Assembly: GCA_905178155.1 (NCBI GenBank)
Contig: CAJINV010000015.1
Span: forward strand, 824,390 to 885,926
Length of the DNA stretch: 61,537 nt
Origin: Amoebophrya sp. A120
Lineage: Eukaryota > Protista > Dinoflagellata
Reading direction: 5' to 3'
The notes under the pieces were generated by a model. The model made no database searches. It was not told where the DNA came from and saw only the letters and a program-made list of their open reading frames with translations. The translations under genes were made by a program, and so were the position numbers. Below, in pieces: positions 22,501-35,319 of this stretch (position 1 is its first letter; each line of letters starts with the position of its first letter).

Positions 22501-25500
22501 CCAACACATTTTTCGCGGTGATGAAAACCACCAGAGCCTCGTAGTTCCGTTCGTAGATATGCATTGCAAAAGTATCGTACTAGTATAAATCGCAATACAA
22601 ATTTTTCCAGAAGGAAAAATGGAATTTGTAATGCTGATTTCGCTAAGAAACAAGATTTGTCATGCATGATTGCCATTAGTACGACTACGATACTTTTGCA
22701 CGGGATAGTAGAAGTCTTTGAGCCATGTGTGCTTGAAAAGCAGGGACTTGTCGAGTTTGATCAATCTCCTGCAATTGCTAAAGGCGAGGGAGTAGGCCTG
22801 CAGGACGGCGTCGCGCTGCTCGGAGGCGAAAACAGCGATGTCTGCTCTCGTAAAAATCTCCTTCAACCACTTGCATCCCAGCTCGTCCGCCCTCGCGATG
22901 GACTCTTTCGTCGTCGCAATGAGCGATTTGCTTTGCTGCGTGGAGAGCTGCTGAGCTGGTGCTGGTGCTGGCTGCGAGACCTCCGACGTCTTTGGTCGTT
23001 GATTTTTAAGTCCAACAGCTGCAAGTTCTTCTGCTCCGGGTACGACTACTACGCCACGAGATGAAGAACCCTTCGCCACCGTGAGCCACTGTTTCACGTG
23101 CAAGTACTCATCGGATATCCTGTGCAAAAGTATCGTGCTCGTACTCGTAGTAATTGCAGTCATGCATTACAAATTTTTTTCCTGAGGTAAATCCACATGA
23201 CAAATTTTAATTTTATTTCTCATGCTGAGGAAATTGGTAATGCATTTATACGAGTACGATACTTCTTTTGCACAGCATATCGGATTCGTCGATCAAGTTT
23301 GTCGCAAGGTCGTAAATATGGATCTGTCAGGATCGAAATCGTCAAAGTTGAAATGATTTGCCATGCATAAAATGCAGCCCACAAAGTGCCTGTCTTGCAG
23401 AGTAGGCAAGTGAGGCAGATTGTAAGCATGTTGAGGGGTAGAAACTGAGGCGCTCAAGTAGCATGACAAAAGGCGTCTTCCTTACCCAAACAGCATGACA
23501 AACTGGATTTCGGTTCCACCCAAATTTGTCATGCGCCACTTGGAAAATGGATTTCGAGCGGCATCCATTTTATGCATGACAAATTATTTCAACTCTGACG
23601 ATTTCGATCCTGACGCTTCCATAGTAAATCGCCTCGTAGTAGCTCCGTCTTTGGTACCTGCCCCCCGCCATGAAATCAATCCGTCTCGGAATGTAGTCGA
23701 TTTGGAGAATTTTGGACATAATTCGTTGAAAAGAATTCGTGGATTTCGTGGTTGATGTTGTGTGGTCTCCTGAATGGAACAATGTTCCGTTGTAGTTGTT
23801 CACTGCCGTTGTTGTTCCAAATCCTCCTGCTCCATGTTGACCACCACTGCTTTCCGCAACTCGAAAGCAATCCTGCGGCGCGTCGAGCAATCGCATCAAC
23901 AAGCCCGCGAGAATCCGTTGACTGCCGTTGACGCTCAGCTCGTAAAACACCCCTCTTGTGAAAATCTTCGGCTGGTTCTCTAGTAATTCGGTGAGTGATT
24001 TCAACGCCCTTTGCCCGAAATGCCCAATCTCTGCGTCGGAGAGAATCGCCCGCAACAACCCCGCCATGTCAGCAGGGCCAAGTAGTGAGGTCCCAAGGAG
24101 CGCTTGGACTTCTTTATCAAATGCAAAAATGTCTGGGTCTGGAAGAGTGGTCATGCTGTTTTTGCATGACGCGCAAGGTCTGGTATGGAAGCTCTAGCAT
24201 CACAGGTTTCGAGAAGCTTCCGCAATGCCGAATCCGCATGACAAATCTCCAATTTTGGTCACAGAAAGTGGGCAGCTTTTGCTACCTATGCATGAGAGAT
24301 TTTTCTGTGTTCTGAAATGCGCATCACAAGTTTGTATTCTTCCAGACCCAGACATATTTGCAATCCATATTCCTGCTGTTGCTGCAGTTTCATCGCAGAG
24401 AGCGTGGCTCTTGCGCTGTCTTCGTCTGAGTCCGAATTTATGGAAGCTGTTGTGGTCTTACTAAAGTTGTTCGGTGCTGTTGCTGTGGTATTCGTATTCT
24501 GCGCCGCGGCACCACCAAGATTCATCTGCATCTGCGCGTAGTTGAAGTCATTAGGATGAGCAAGTATTTCACTGGTCTTACTCCGCGCCAAGGTGTCTCC
24601 GAGCAAAAACGCGATCCCGTGCGTTTGCGGCAGCAATGAGTTACCCCCGATGTCGTCCACGATAGTGGTGAGGGTTTGCTTTAAGTGAATGATGTAGGAC
24701 AATTTGTGTGTGTCTTCGCTATTCAACTGAAGCTTTTTCGCGAAGCCATTCTCAACTAAATACGCGAGCTGCGCCCGGGTAAAGTACGGTGCGGCAAGGA
24801 TGGCGGTGTGAAGTTTAGCAGAGCAAGAACTCGCTGGTGGTGAATTGTGTAGGGATTGCTTGTTTTTATCCGCAATCGACGCTACAGCCTCGTACATCTT
24901 AGCCGCTGTCGGCAACAGTCTCTCGACCTCCGCTACCCCTGAAGATTCATAGTTTTTTACAAAGCCCGTTGCACCTGTCGCGGCATATGTTGATCCAGTA
25001 GCACAACCAGGTTGCTGATGCGTCGGCGCGGCAAAGTAGTTGTCCAATTTCAACCTCGGTAGAGGTTTCGGCGACACAAATTTGTCGAGAATTTTCAAGC
25101 CCTGCTCGATTTCTTGGAAATGGTTCTGAAACCATTTTGGGTAAAGTCGCTGCAAAATTTTCTTCGCAATCGTTAAATCCAACCCCTCCGCACGGATGAA
25201 TTTTGTAACGAAGGTTGAGATCTCGGCTTTGTATTGCTGCTTCACGACAGCGCCTGTGGTTTTTTTCTTGGTTTTTGTCGTTGCTGGCGTCGCTGCTGGG
25301 GTCGCTGCTAGTACCACGTCCACACCGGTCGTTTCATCTTGCAAAAATTCGTAATCCGCGTACAGAATCGCGAACACAAAGTCCGTATGCATTGCAAAAG
25401 TATCGCACTCGTTCTACTAATTGCGTTTATGCAATACAAATTTTCATCCCAAGGTAAAACAGCATTACAAACTCCCTTTGTCATGCTGAGCAAATTTGTA

Positions 25501-28500
25501 ATGCGTTTACTACTAGTACGATGCTTTTGCGTTTCCTAGTCCGCCAAATTTTTCGCGGGGATCAAATCTGACGGCTTTTGCACGTTCAATTCGTCCAGAA
25601 TGCGTACTGTTTTCTGCACGTGCTCGAACACATCCACCATCGCTTCAAAAAGCCGGCTGCTGCCCAGAATGCCGAGAATCGTGAAAAGCCCGGCGATGAT
25701 GCCGTCGTACTTCAGCCAGTTGAGAACCACCTGCCAAGGCAGGTCGATCTTGGTGGCGGCCGTGGGCGACGAAGCAGTTGAAAAACGTTGCATCCTTCCA
25801 AGAAGCGTCGCGATTCGGTCCTTTTGGTACTCCTGGAGATAGAGGTACTTCAACGGGGAGGACCAGGCGAGATTTTGTAAGTCTTGGAAAAGCTGCAGGT
25901 TAGCAACTGCGGTGTCGTCTTCTGCAGTTTGTTCGGTTTTAATTTTATTCATTCCAACATCAACACCACTGCTGCTCTTAGTCGCAGCAGCAGAAGTCGC
26001 GATTGCGAGCTCGCGCAAGACTGCCGCTGTGGATTTTTTCATCAGTATAATCTCCTGTTGCACCTGACCGTGTCCACTGCCGTCCAGGTCGGTGCTACTT
26101 TTCATCAAACCTACCGACGTATTCGCTTGAAAATCGCTGACGGGGTTGTAGAAGCTCTGTGCCCCGAACAACCCACTGCTGCTGGAACTGCTTTCGGAAG
26201 ATGATGTTCTGAAAGACGCGTGCTGTTTTTGACCGTCGTCCCCAACAGCCCCTAGACCGCGGAGCAACTGACCCTGCGCTGCTTGGAAGTACCGCTCGCC
26301 TGTCGTTTTACTAGCGTTTGTTGGGTCGTCATGCTCTTTCCCTGCAGCGCCAGCACCACCGACGCCGGTCGCACTACTTTGATCGTAGAATTCCCAGGGC
26401 AAAAACCGCTCGACCGATAATTTCCCGGCGCTGCTCAAATGAGAAATCAGCTCGCCTCGGCCGAAAAATGTCGGCAGGAGATTCACGGCCATTTGCTCTT
26501 TTGCGGAATAGAGAATCAATCCACCCCGACGGGAAACCGGGAGAGGTTGACAGTTCATTTGGGTGACCGAGTCGTGCTCTACAGTTGAGAACCTACTTGC
26601 ACTGGAAGTCGCACTCGTTTCACGCCGGAGGAGGGTCGAAGAGCCAGCGCCTGAGAGTGTTCCTTCTCCAACTTTTTGTTTGTTTCGTCCCTCGTCCGGG
26701 AGTAGCAAATGCGACTCAGGGGACATCATCCGTTTCATGTGCCTTTTACTTCTCCGTGGCTCGGCTTTCGTTGTTGATGTTGTGCCGTGTGTTGACAGTT
26801 CAATTTCAGTGCCATCTACAGCTCCGTTGAAGTTCCGCAACACAAGTTCTCTGGACCCCTGTCGACTACTGTTAACCGAGGAAAGGCCGGCGGCACTGCT
26901 GCTGTCTTGGTCGAGTTGACCATTATGCTCTGGATCGTTAACGTTATACTCCTCATCTTCATCATCCCAAGAGACATCAGTACTATCCCCGTAGTTGCTA
27001 GTAGTTGAGGAGAAATTTCCATCGTCCTCGTCATTCCTGTACGACGCAGAACGGCTGGCGCGGGTGACGGTAAAACCCTCGTGGCCCGGAAAATTATCAT
27101 CCGGGTCTGGTGGCCGTAGCCGCTGCTTCCTCGGCGACCTACTGCTCGAATTACCGTCTCCGTCGTTGCTAACTGTTTGTTGACTGCCGCCCTTTTTGCT
27201 GCCATGCAAAACCGTGCTCCCAGGGAAGAAAATTTTCTGCAGCACCAGGATGAAATCGATGTTCGTTTTCTGCTTTTGCAAGTCCACAACTTTCACTATG
27301 GGACTCTCAATTGTTACATTCTCAACTGTTACTGTTACATGAATTTGTCATGCAAGAAGAGCAAAAGTCAAAGGGGGACAATTGCGCCTCTAGCATTACA
27401 AATTCCGCACAGATTTAAATGCTGTTTAGCCCTCCGGGAATTTGTCATGCGAAGTCGCTTTACCCTGTGGATGTTGATGTTGCTGCTGGTTGATTTTGCA
27501 TGACAAATCGTGTAACAGTTGAGAATGTAACGTTTGAGAACGCCATATTCACCTTCTGTGTCGTGGGTTTGAAGCTGTCCGTTGGGAGCATCACCATCTC
27601 TGAGAAATCGGCCGTCGTGTAGATATTTTCTGATTGTTCTTCCCCGTTCAACGCTGTGCTGTGACCTTCTGGTTGCCGATTGTTCTGTTGATGATGCGAC
27701 GAGCCTTCCTTTCTCAGATTCCACTTCAGCTTGAAAAGAATAGGATTGATGTTGTTCAGATATTCGTCGGTGCTTTTGGTTTGTTCAGCCGTGACAGGTC
27801 CAGCTCCAGCGCCAGACGTAGAGTTCTTGTGCAAATCGCCCAAAACAGCGTCCAAAACCTCGATGTCGATTTGTGTGGGCTTTTGCTTTCTGTAGGGCGT
27901 CGTGGGCGTTGTCGTGGCTGTGCTCTGGTTCTCGTTTAATATTTCTTCGCCGTGGTTTCGGTTTGTCTCTACTTCGGTGTTAGTTTTTCCTTTCTGCTCC
28001 GCAGTCATCTCCACTCCTGCTGAACCGTTCCCATCCTCATCCTCCTCGCCGAAAAACCTAGCGGCAAACTCCGCTTTCCTCCTTTCAAAATCAGCAGCGA
28101 TAGATGATAATGAGGAAGCTGATGAAGTGGCTGGTGATCCCCCTGCTCCGTGCTTTGCATTTGAAGCGCCGTCACGTGGTCCTCGACTTCCTGTTCCCGT
28201 ACCAGCCAAGCTCTCCACAGCCCCCGATGGTGGCTTCGTGCCAGCGCCGTCTAGGTATATTACAATGAAAAATGCCCCCACCCCCGAACTTGAAAGAATT
28301 TGTATTGCAAACCTTTCCAAATGAAACATTCGCCCTCTTGCATGTATCAGCATCACAGATTTCCGATTGTGAATAGCAAAAATTTGTATTGCAAATGCAA
28401 AAGATCCCAGCAAGAGCGATGCTTGTCATGCAAGCGATGCGAAGCACGACTAGACTCTGCATCAGAAAGATTCATACTCCTTTCATGCATGACAAAAAGT

Positions 28501-31500
28501 TTTCATTTGGAAACTTCGCATCACAAATTTTTGCAACTTTGGGGGTGGGGGGCACTTTTCACTGTAATAAGGTAGAGTAGTCGTCTTGATGCCCCCCCGA
28601 AGGAGACAAAGGCCTCCTGGAGTGTGATAGACGCTTATCAAACTAAAAAGCGATAACGTTAACGGAATTTGTGATGCAGTAACGCATCATAAAAGGTACC
28701 CAAATTTGTATTGCGTGGCATGCATTGAAGGCAAAATTTGTAATGCATTCTGCCATCTGTGAAAACCGTTAACGTTAACACTTTTTTGCTTGATAACGCT
28801 TTCGTGCCGTTCATATAGGCGATTGTGATCATGTCGGTGTCTTCCTCTTCGGTCGGGGTTGGCTCTCGCACCGCAGTTGCCGCAGATCGCGTTTCTTCTT
28901 CATGGTTCATCTGCACCTGCGATTTCACGACAGACTCCTCTGGTTCTGGCTCTGTAGTTTCTTGGTCGGCTTTGCCTGCTGTGGAAGCATTTCTATTCGG
29001 ACCCCGATACCTCAAAACATTTGCCAGGCCACTGCTCATTTCGTACTCCTCTCCACCACTCTTGGAAGGTGAAGGGATGAAAGGACCGCTGTGTGGTACC
29101 CCACGACTAGCATCTGCCCCTCCTGCACGAAATGAAGAACCGGCGGCTGTTCTCTGAAAACTTTTCCTTTTGTTGAAGTTTTTCGACAGCAGGGTGGCCA
29201 AAAACCGCGCGTCTATCTTTCCACAGACGTGCGTTTGGATCTTTTGGCCCAAATTCAAGTCAAACTCCGGGATTTCCAGCGCCTCAGTGATCGGGGTCAC
29301 GCCGAACAGCTCAAAGTTGAAACCTTGACTGCTCTGCTCGCTCTTTGTTGAACTTGCATTGCCACCAGCAGAGCCCGAAGATGAAGTAGTCCTTCCACCG
29401 GCATTCGTTACCACCTCCCAGCAGACTGCGCCTCCGGTGAGGACGCTGTTGTCGTGCGTAGTTCCTGCTGGAGTTGAACTTGTTGTAGTTGTATAGGTGG
29501 AAGTTGTTCCAGCAGCCCCGCCTCCGCCTCCTCCGGTAGTCTCGTCCCCGACGTAGTTTGCTGAATCTTTGTAATCCACCGAAGTTCCGAATACACAAAC
29601 ATCCACCGGCTCGGTCGCATATCCTGTGCAAAAGCATCGTACTCGTAGTAATCGCGTTTTATGCATTAAATCTCTTGCTCAAGGTGAATCAGCATTACAA
29701 ATTCAATATGTAATGCTGGGCTAATTTGTAATGCAATTTATACTAGTACGATGCTTTTGCATTGCATATCGCAAGTTCAAAAACGGAGGTTCCGTTGTCC
29801 ACTTTCAAATCCGATAAAATCAACTTCTCCACTATCCACAGTAAATTTCCCGCACGCGTACAAATGCGGTCTCTGCATGACAAAACTTGGCTTCGATCCT
29901 AGTTTAGCATGACAAGTTTTACGCTCAAAATTGGTAGAATTTGTGATGCATTTTGTACATGTACGGGAAATTTGTATTGCATATCCACCTTGAACTCCGC
30001 GTTCAAGAAATCCGGAATGCGCAGGAAGTTCTTCGAATTGCTCCCACTTCCAAATTTCCACACGTTCTTCGTTTCGTACTGAAGGTTTTCGATCGAAATC
30101 GACCGCATTCTCGTCGCGAACTCAAACTTCCCCACCATGTCATCCCGGTAGTATTTCAAACGGATCTCAGGATGTTGTAGGTGTAGGTGCTGTTGTTGAG
30201 AGAAAGGAAAGCTGTTGTTCTGCTTGTTGGCGCTGTTTTGGTGTTGGTGTTGTGTCGACGTCGTCGTGTGTGAAAATTTTATCTTTTCCGTCCGCAACTT
30301 AAACCTGTTCGTCAAGTCGAGTTTCACGGCGATGCAGAGATTCTTCAGCAAATCGACCATTTTCGTCTTCTCTTCCAGTAGTTTTTTCTTTCTTCTCAAC
30401 CGTTGTTGCACGTACTTCTGCAGCAAATGCTTGTCCTCGGGGTCGATGGTAAAGCTAAAATTTTTTGATGTAGCTTGTGATCCCGGCCCTCCACGCGCAC
30501 CTAGCAAGCTCGTCGTAGAGGTCGGGGTTGGCGTCGGGCTACTGAACTTCTGCCGTAATGCCGCCGGGTTGTTTGCGCCACTGGATGACTGCCCTGGATG
30601 CGGGATTTGCAATTGCAACTCGTCTTGCTGTAAGTGGCCACTGTTGTTGATTTTTTCGATCATGTACTTCTCTACCATTTGTTGCAAAAGTCGCGCGTGC
30701 GTCCGGAGATAGATCTCGTCGGAGTTCGAAGTTGATGTGACGGAATTCGAATTGAAATTGTTCGATCTTGTGTTTCTCATGTTTTCCTCCTCTGGAGCAG
30801 GAGGTGCCCCGCCAGAGGCACTACCTGCCCGCCCGCCTGAGGCTGCAATCATCGAGGTATGAGACGACACTCCGCTTGCCAGGCGTCCGCCGTTGCTGGT
30901 GGAAAATAATCCAGCAGTCGTCCCGTCTTCTACCGTTGTAGCTGCTGCAGTGGTTGGCATCATCCCTAAGTTTTTCATGCCCATTTTCTTGTTCCCTCGT
31001 CCCGAAGCTCCCTGCTGTTTCAAAAACCGCTCAGCGTCATCGTATCGTAAGGAAAAATCCCCCCTCCCCATATCGATAAGGCACGCCTCAGAAAATTTGT
31101 CATGCTGATTTGTGACCACAAATCGCATCTGTGATGCAAGAAAGCAGCGCCACAGTCTTTGCCCCATTATGCAGGTGGTTTGTAATGCTGTTGGTCCTGC
31201 GGCATAGACGTTCCTCATGCTAAGTGCCTAGGGTAGCCCCTCTGTGCATGGGCATGATGTGGGCACGCAGTCCTCTACTGCAAGACAAATCTGATTTGTG
31301 TACGCAAATCCAGCATCAGACATTTCGTTTCGATGTGGGGAGGGGGGATTTTTGCTTCTGATACATCCGTTTCAAAATTCTCGGCCATCAGTTTCGCGTA
31401 TCCTGTGCAAAAGTATCGCACCCGTAGTAATTGTAATTCCAATCATGTATTACAAATTTCTCTCTTAAGGACAATCAGCATTACAAATTTTCTTTCTCAT

Positions 31501-34205
31501 GCTGAGAAAATTTGTCATGCGACTTGTACTAGTACGTTACTTTTGCAATGCATATCGCGAGCCAGCCAACCACTTCCGCGAGGCATTCCCGGACGGGAAC
31601 AGTGGGGTGGGAGATCCACATAGTGTTGGAAGGTGATGATGGGTTATTTGTCATGCTAGGTCGCGATTCCAAGGGTGTAGTAGAGCAGCTTCGTCCATTT
31701 CGCTGATTTTTTGCAGATGGTTTCTCTACAGCTGCAGCACCAGAGATCAACCTCTGTTCATCGATTTCAAACCGTTGCAAGTGTAGGAAAAACTTGTTTT
31801 CATCGTGTAACCGTTCTCCAGCACAAGAACTTTTTGGTGCACCAGATGAACCACTTCCGCTTGCGCTTGGTGGTGCTCCTGAGATCATTCTTGAAGACGT
31901 CGACGAAGCGTCTCCTCCTTCCAACTCCACCACTACCTTCCCCAACTGCGGTCTGGGCGGATCGATTTTGACGTGGACGCAACTGTTGTCCGGTAAATGC
32001 AAGAAAACGTCAGATTGCTCGGGGAGATGGAGATTTGCGGAAAATTTCATGTCGTATCTTTTCACCATGTACAAAACCTTCTCGAGCAACTCTCGCACCG
32101 GCACCTTGGCTAAGTCCAGTCGGTTGATCAAACTTTTGGTAGCAAGTTGCGGCTCGGATGCGGATGTCGCGACATTCGCATTATTTCCATATGCGAAGGT
32201 GGAAGTTTGACCGTGCGGTCCACTGAAACCCCCACCACCGCCACCGCCCTTTCCCATCATCAACTCCTGTACTTCGCTTCTCCGTACGAATTCCGTCAGA
32301 TGTCCCGAATCTAAGAATGGCACCACCCCACCTGGAAGTTGCACGGAATAGAACGGAATGGGAATCACGCCGAAAATCCACAGCCACCCGGAGAAGTGGG
32401 GAGCGAGGGGGACGTAGATTTTGGTCGTTTTGAGAATTTCGACATTGTGGTAATTGTATATGAAATGGTACAGGAACCGGGGGATAAACAACCCGTAGTA
32501 GGAGAGGGTCTTGATTTCCACTTTTGTCAATTTCACTGAGACGAACAGCTCGAGAAATTGAATCGTCCGGAAGAGCAGCTCCCAAAGCAGGTAGTTGAAA
32601 AATCGACGGAAAAGAAAGGTCGTGGCAGCACAGGACGAACTGGAAGTGCTTGTGGTGGGTCTTGATGTAGCTGCCCCGCCCACTGAAGCGCGCGTCGAGG
32701 CGGGAGATGGTGATGGTGAACTTGTTCCAGCTCCGGGAGAATTCATCATCGGACTTCCACTTCTAGAAAACTTGTTTGCATTGACATTTCGACGTCCTCT
32801 GCCGCTGCTTTTCAAAATGGTTCTCAGATCCTTCAAAACCGAGTGAATGTTCCGGACGAAGACGCTCTCAAACTGGATCAAAACCGATTTTAGTTCCCGA
32901 TCTTTGATTTTCAGCTTCACCGCCGCCGAGCCTGAATCGCTTGAGCTGACGTCGACTCGGAAACAATTTGGTTTCGTTGTGGTGGAGGAAGATGTGGTAG
33001 ACGATCTCGCGCTCGCCGGGGCGGGTATGCTTTTCTTACTCGTAATGGAAGGGGCCGCGACACCAGCTCCCTCCTGTTTCTGACCGTCGACGTCTTGTTC
33101 CACCCCGTCGCTACTTCCGTAGTTGTGAACTGTCGTCCCTAAACTCGCCACAGACACGGGCAGCGCGTAGCTTCCGCGCGCTAACCTGGCGGTAACTTCC
33201 AGCTCGCAGGGGTCATTCCCGAGCAAATGCGGTAGGTCGGGGAGCTGCTGGATTTTGATCCTCCTCAGCATGTGCATTAAGGAGAACTTCTCCGGAATCT
33301 CCCGCCCGGGGTGGAACGAGACCTCGAAAGAATTGAAAAAGGGATCTGTAGTTCATATGTTTGAACAATAAAGAACTAAAAAACGCAAAGTACACACAAA
33401 GCGTCGTATCTTCGTCGAATATGATTCCATCATCTATATCAACCCTGCCAAGTCCAGTCGAGTATGATGTTGATGTCAAAAGAAGTAAAAATCCTACCTT
33501 CATTTTTTTCCGCCATCCTTTGTTTCTCTTCCTCTCTTTCTCCAAAATCAGCAGCGCTTGCTTCCGGCGCGCCTCCACGAAGCTCGTCTTGTAGAAGTAG
33601 TACAGAAAGGTGAGCACAACAATGTGACTCAAGAGCGACACCCAGAGCTCGATGAAGGACTTCAAATAGAGCGGGTCGGCGTTGTAAATGATGAAAAATT
33701 TTTCGTAACAGTAGAACACGCTAGTCGGTAGGTGGTCGAACAAGAGCAAGTCGACCTGGTAGGTGAGGGACAGGTAAAACTCCTGGAGGTTGGAAAGCTG
33801 CAGGAGATTGTTGTAGTAGGGACCACCCGGCGAGTATCCACAAAAAAAAACCCATCCCCGTCCAATTTGTCATGCAAAACATGCATAAGCTGCAGTGTTT
33901 GTCGTGTTTGTCATGCAAAGAAAGGATGGGAATAGGTGTTTTTATGTCCTGGATAGCGAGGGAATTATGGTCGCCGTCGCGCTATCCCTATCCCCGTAGT
34001 CGAAAACATAGCTCGCGGCCAATGAAGCTGCGCTTCTTCTAGAAGCGGCTGTCGACGAGCTTGTCGTGGTGGTGGTGGTTTCAAAGTGTTGAACTAGAGT
34101 CTTCGTGGCACTACCTCCGTTGCTGGTGGTGCTGTAGTTTCCTTCGCCGCCGGAGTTGCTGTCGTTCTCCGACGAGAAGAAAAGACGGGCCAGGAGCCAG
34201 CGCAT
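19554..34205 (-). CDS. Giant hypothetical protein (~3,700 aa) with N-terminal hydrophobic segment; 16 introners plus at least one other intron
   Basis: All 16 introner excisions keep frame (e.g. VN-IPKD, WL-GYSQ, DF-YERN, QE-VQAL, LAD-FVFA, QKV-KVVD, FKV-EKLI, WLA-KLMA, IPS-PGGP). The exact junction of the intron at ~33346-33497 is unresolved. Confidence 0.8.
20048..20197. mobile_element. Introner family A (150 nt)
   Basis: TIR TGCAAAAGYATCGTACT, DR GATGT/GATGT. Confidence 0.92.
21107..21256. mobile_element. Introner family A (150 nt)
   Basis: Family A TIR, DR CCCAA/CCCAA. Confidence 0.92.
22186..22472. mobile_element. Introner family E (287 nt, opposite orientation to other E copies)
   Basis: TIR TATGGRAGTGTCAGAATCGAAA, DR AGCCA/AGCCA. 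Confidence 0.92.
22558..22707. mobile_element. Introner family A (150 nt)
   Basis: Family A TIR, DR GTAGA/GTAGA. Confidence 0.92.
23116..23279. mobile_element. Introner family A (164 nt, reverse orientation)
   Basis: Begins TATCCTGTGCAAAAG, DR TCGGA/TCGGA. Confidence 0.9.
23317..23623. mobile_element. Introner family E (307 nt)
   Basis: Family E TIR, DR GTAAA/GTAAA. Confidence 0.92.
24115..24369. mobile_element. Introner family C (255 nt)
   Basis: TIR TGCAAAWATGTCTGGGTCTGGAAGA, DR TTCTT/TTCCT. Confidence 0.9.
25386..25538. mobile_element. Introner family A (153 nt)
   Basis: Family A TIR (right end CTA), DR GTCCG/GTCCG. Excision removes an in-frame TAG. Confidence 0.9.
27297..27547. mobile_element. 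Introner family G (251 nt)
   Basis: TIR TATGG..TCTCAA..GTTACATTCTCAACTGTTAC, DR TTCAC/TTCAC. Confidence 0.92.
28258..28569. mobile_element. Introner family H (312 nt)
   Basis: TIR TATTACARTGAAAARTGCCCCC.ACCCCC, DR AGGTA/AGGTA. Confidence 0.9.
28636..28795. mobile_element. Introner family F (160 nt, opposite orientation to the 5287 copy)
   Basis: TIR containing TAACGTTAACGG, DR ACGCT/ACGCT. Confidence 0.9.
29620..29768. mobile_element. Introner family A (149 nt, reverse orientation)
   Basis: Family A TIR, DR TCGCA/TCGCA. Confidence 0.92.
29833..29983. mobile_element. Introner family I (151 nt)
   Basis: TIR ..AAATTTCCCGYACRYGTACAAA, DR TCCAC/TCCAC. Confidence 0.88.
31043..31363. mobile_element. 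Introner family D (321 nt)
   Basis: Family D TIR, DR CATCG/CATCC. Confidence 0.9.
31399..31554. mobile_element. Introner family A (156 nt, reverse orientation)
   Basis: Family A TIR, DR TCGCG/TCGCG. Confidence 0.9.
33835..33955. mobile_element. Introner family J (121 nt)
   Basis: TATCCA..TGGATA ends, DR GCGAG/GCGAG. Related to the 59087 copy. Confidence 0.85.
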
Positions 34206-35319
34206 GCTATCTGATATGCGTGTTTTTCTACATTTTCATTTTCATGTTGTTCATGCTCATCATCATCTTCATGCGTCTCTTGCTAGTAGTAGATACGTCG
34301 AGGCTTTCTGTAACATGCTCTGTGTCCGATTGTAGCCGAGAACTGTGGCCGCCGCTGCTGTGAGCCTACCCGCGCCTTGGCCTTCCTTCTCAGAGGGGGC
34401 GAAAATAGATGTACTACTAGATTGAAGATTTGACTAGGCAGGACAATCCTCAATTGAATCCGGATCTTGTTTGGTGTTGAGATGTGAAGGCCAACGATGT
34501 TGGTAAAAATTGCTTCGATTTCAACAGTGGCCGTGTATGTAGTAACTTCGGGACGACTACATCAGCAATGCTTGTTACATGCACTGCTTCAGAAAAAGTA
34601 CCGGACGAATAATCACAACGAGTAAGTACAACTGAACAAGATACCGGAGGAAAACAAGAAACGCATGACCTCCGCTCGGGGCTCGATGAAGGACAAACTG
34701 AAACTGAAAACGTTCATTCGTACAGGAGGGTAAGGACGCAATCGCGTTTTTGTATTCTTTGACCTAGATGCTGATGCATCGACATGTATGTCAAGAATGA
34801 ACGATGTAGCTGTCAGAATGAATAAGGAAGCGAACAATTAAAGAAGTATGCCTAGGAAAAAATGATACATATATAAAAAATGCAATGAAACGCGTAAAGC
34901 GATGCCACTGCGCCGAAGCCGATCGCTTCAAGTGATACTGTAGAAGTCGAGAGGATAACAAAGAGTAAAGCTGGTCGCTAGAAAAATTAAAAAGTCAGAG
35001 TAACTTGAATGTGAGAGTCATAAAAGCAAAATCGAAAAATCAAAGAAAATCAGTGGCTCGTCATCTCGTCCTGAAAAAAAATTTACAACGTCAACCTACT
35101 GGCTGACCTACTGTACTGCGTCGTCTGGTGAAATTAGTTCTTAAAAGGAAATTCTTTACAACCCTAGCGGTAGTCGTAGTGTCTCATCCGATTCATTAGC
35201 ACTTAAAACCGGCCCTGCTAATTACTTAACATCATCTTCAAAGCGGAAAGGATTATTTCTTGATGACGCAAATTTCACTTCGCGAATACTTAATCGAACT
35301 TGCACGAAACGGGATGCTA

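Noticed and set aside
25536-25538. Possible stop-codon readthrough or alternative genetic code at ORF breaks
   Set aside because: The stops lie inside introners. The standard code works once these are removed.
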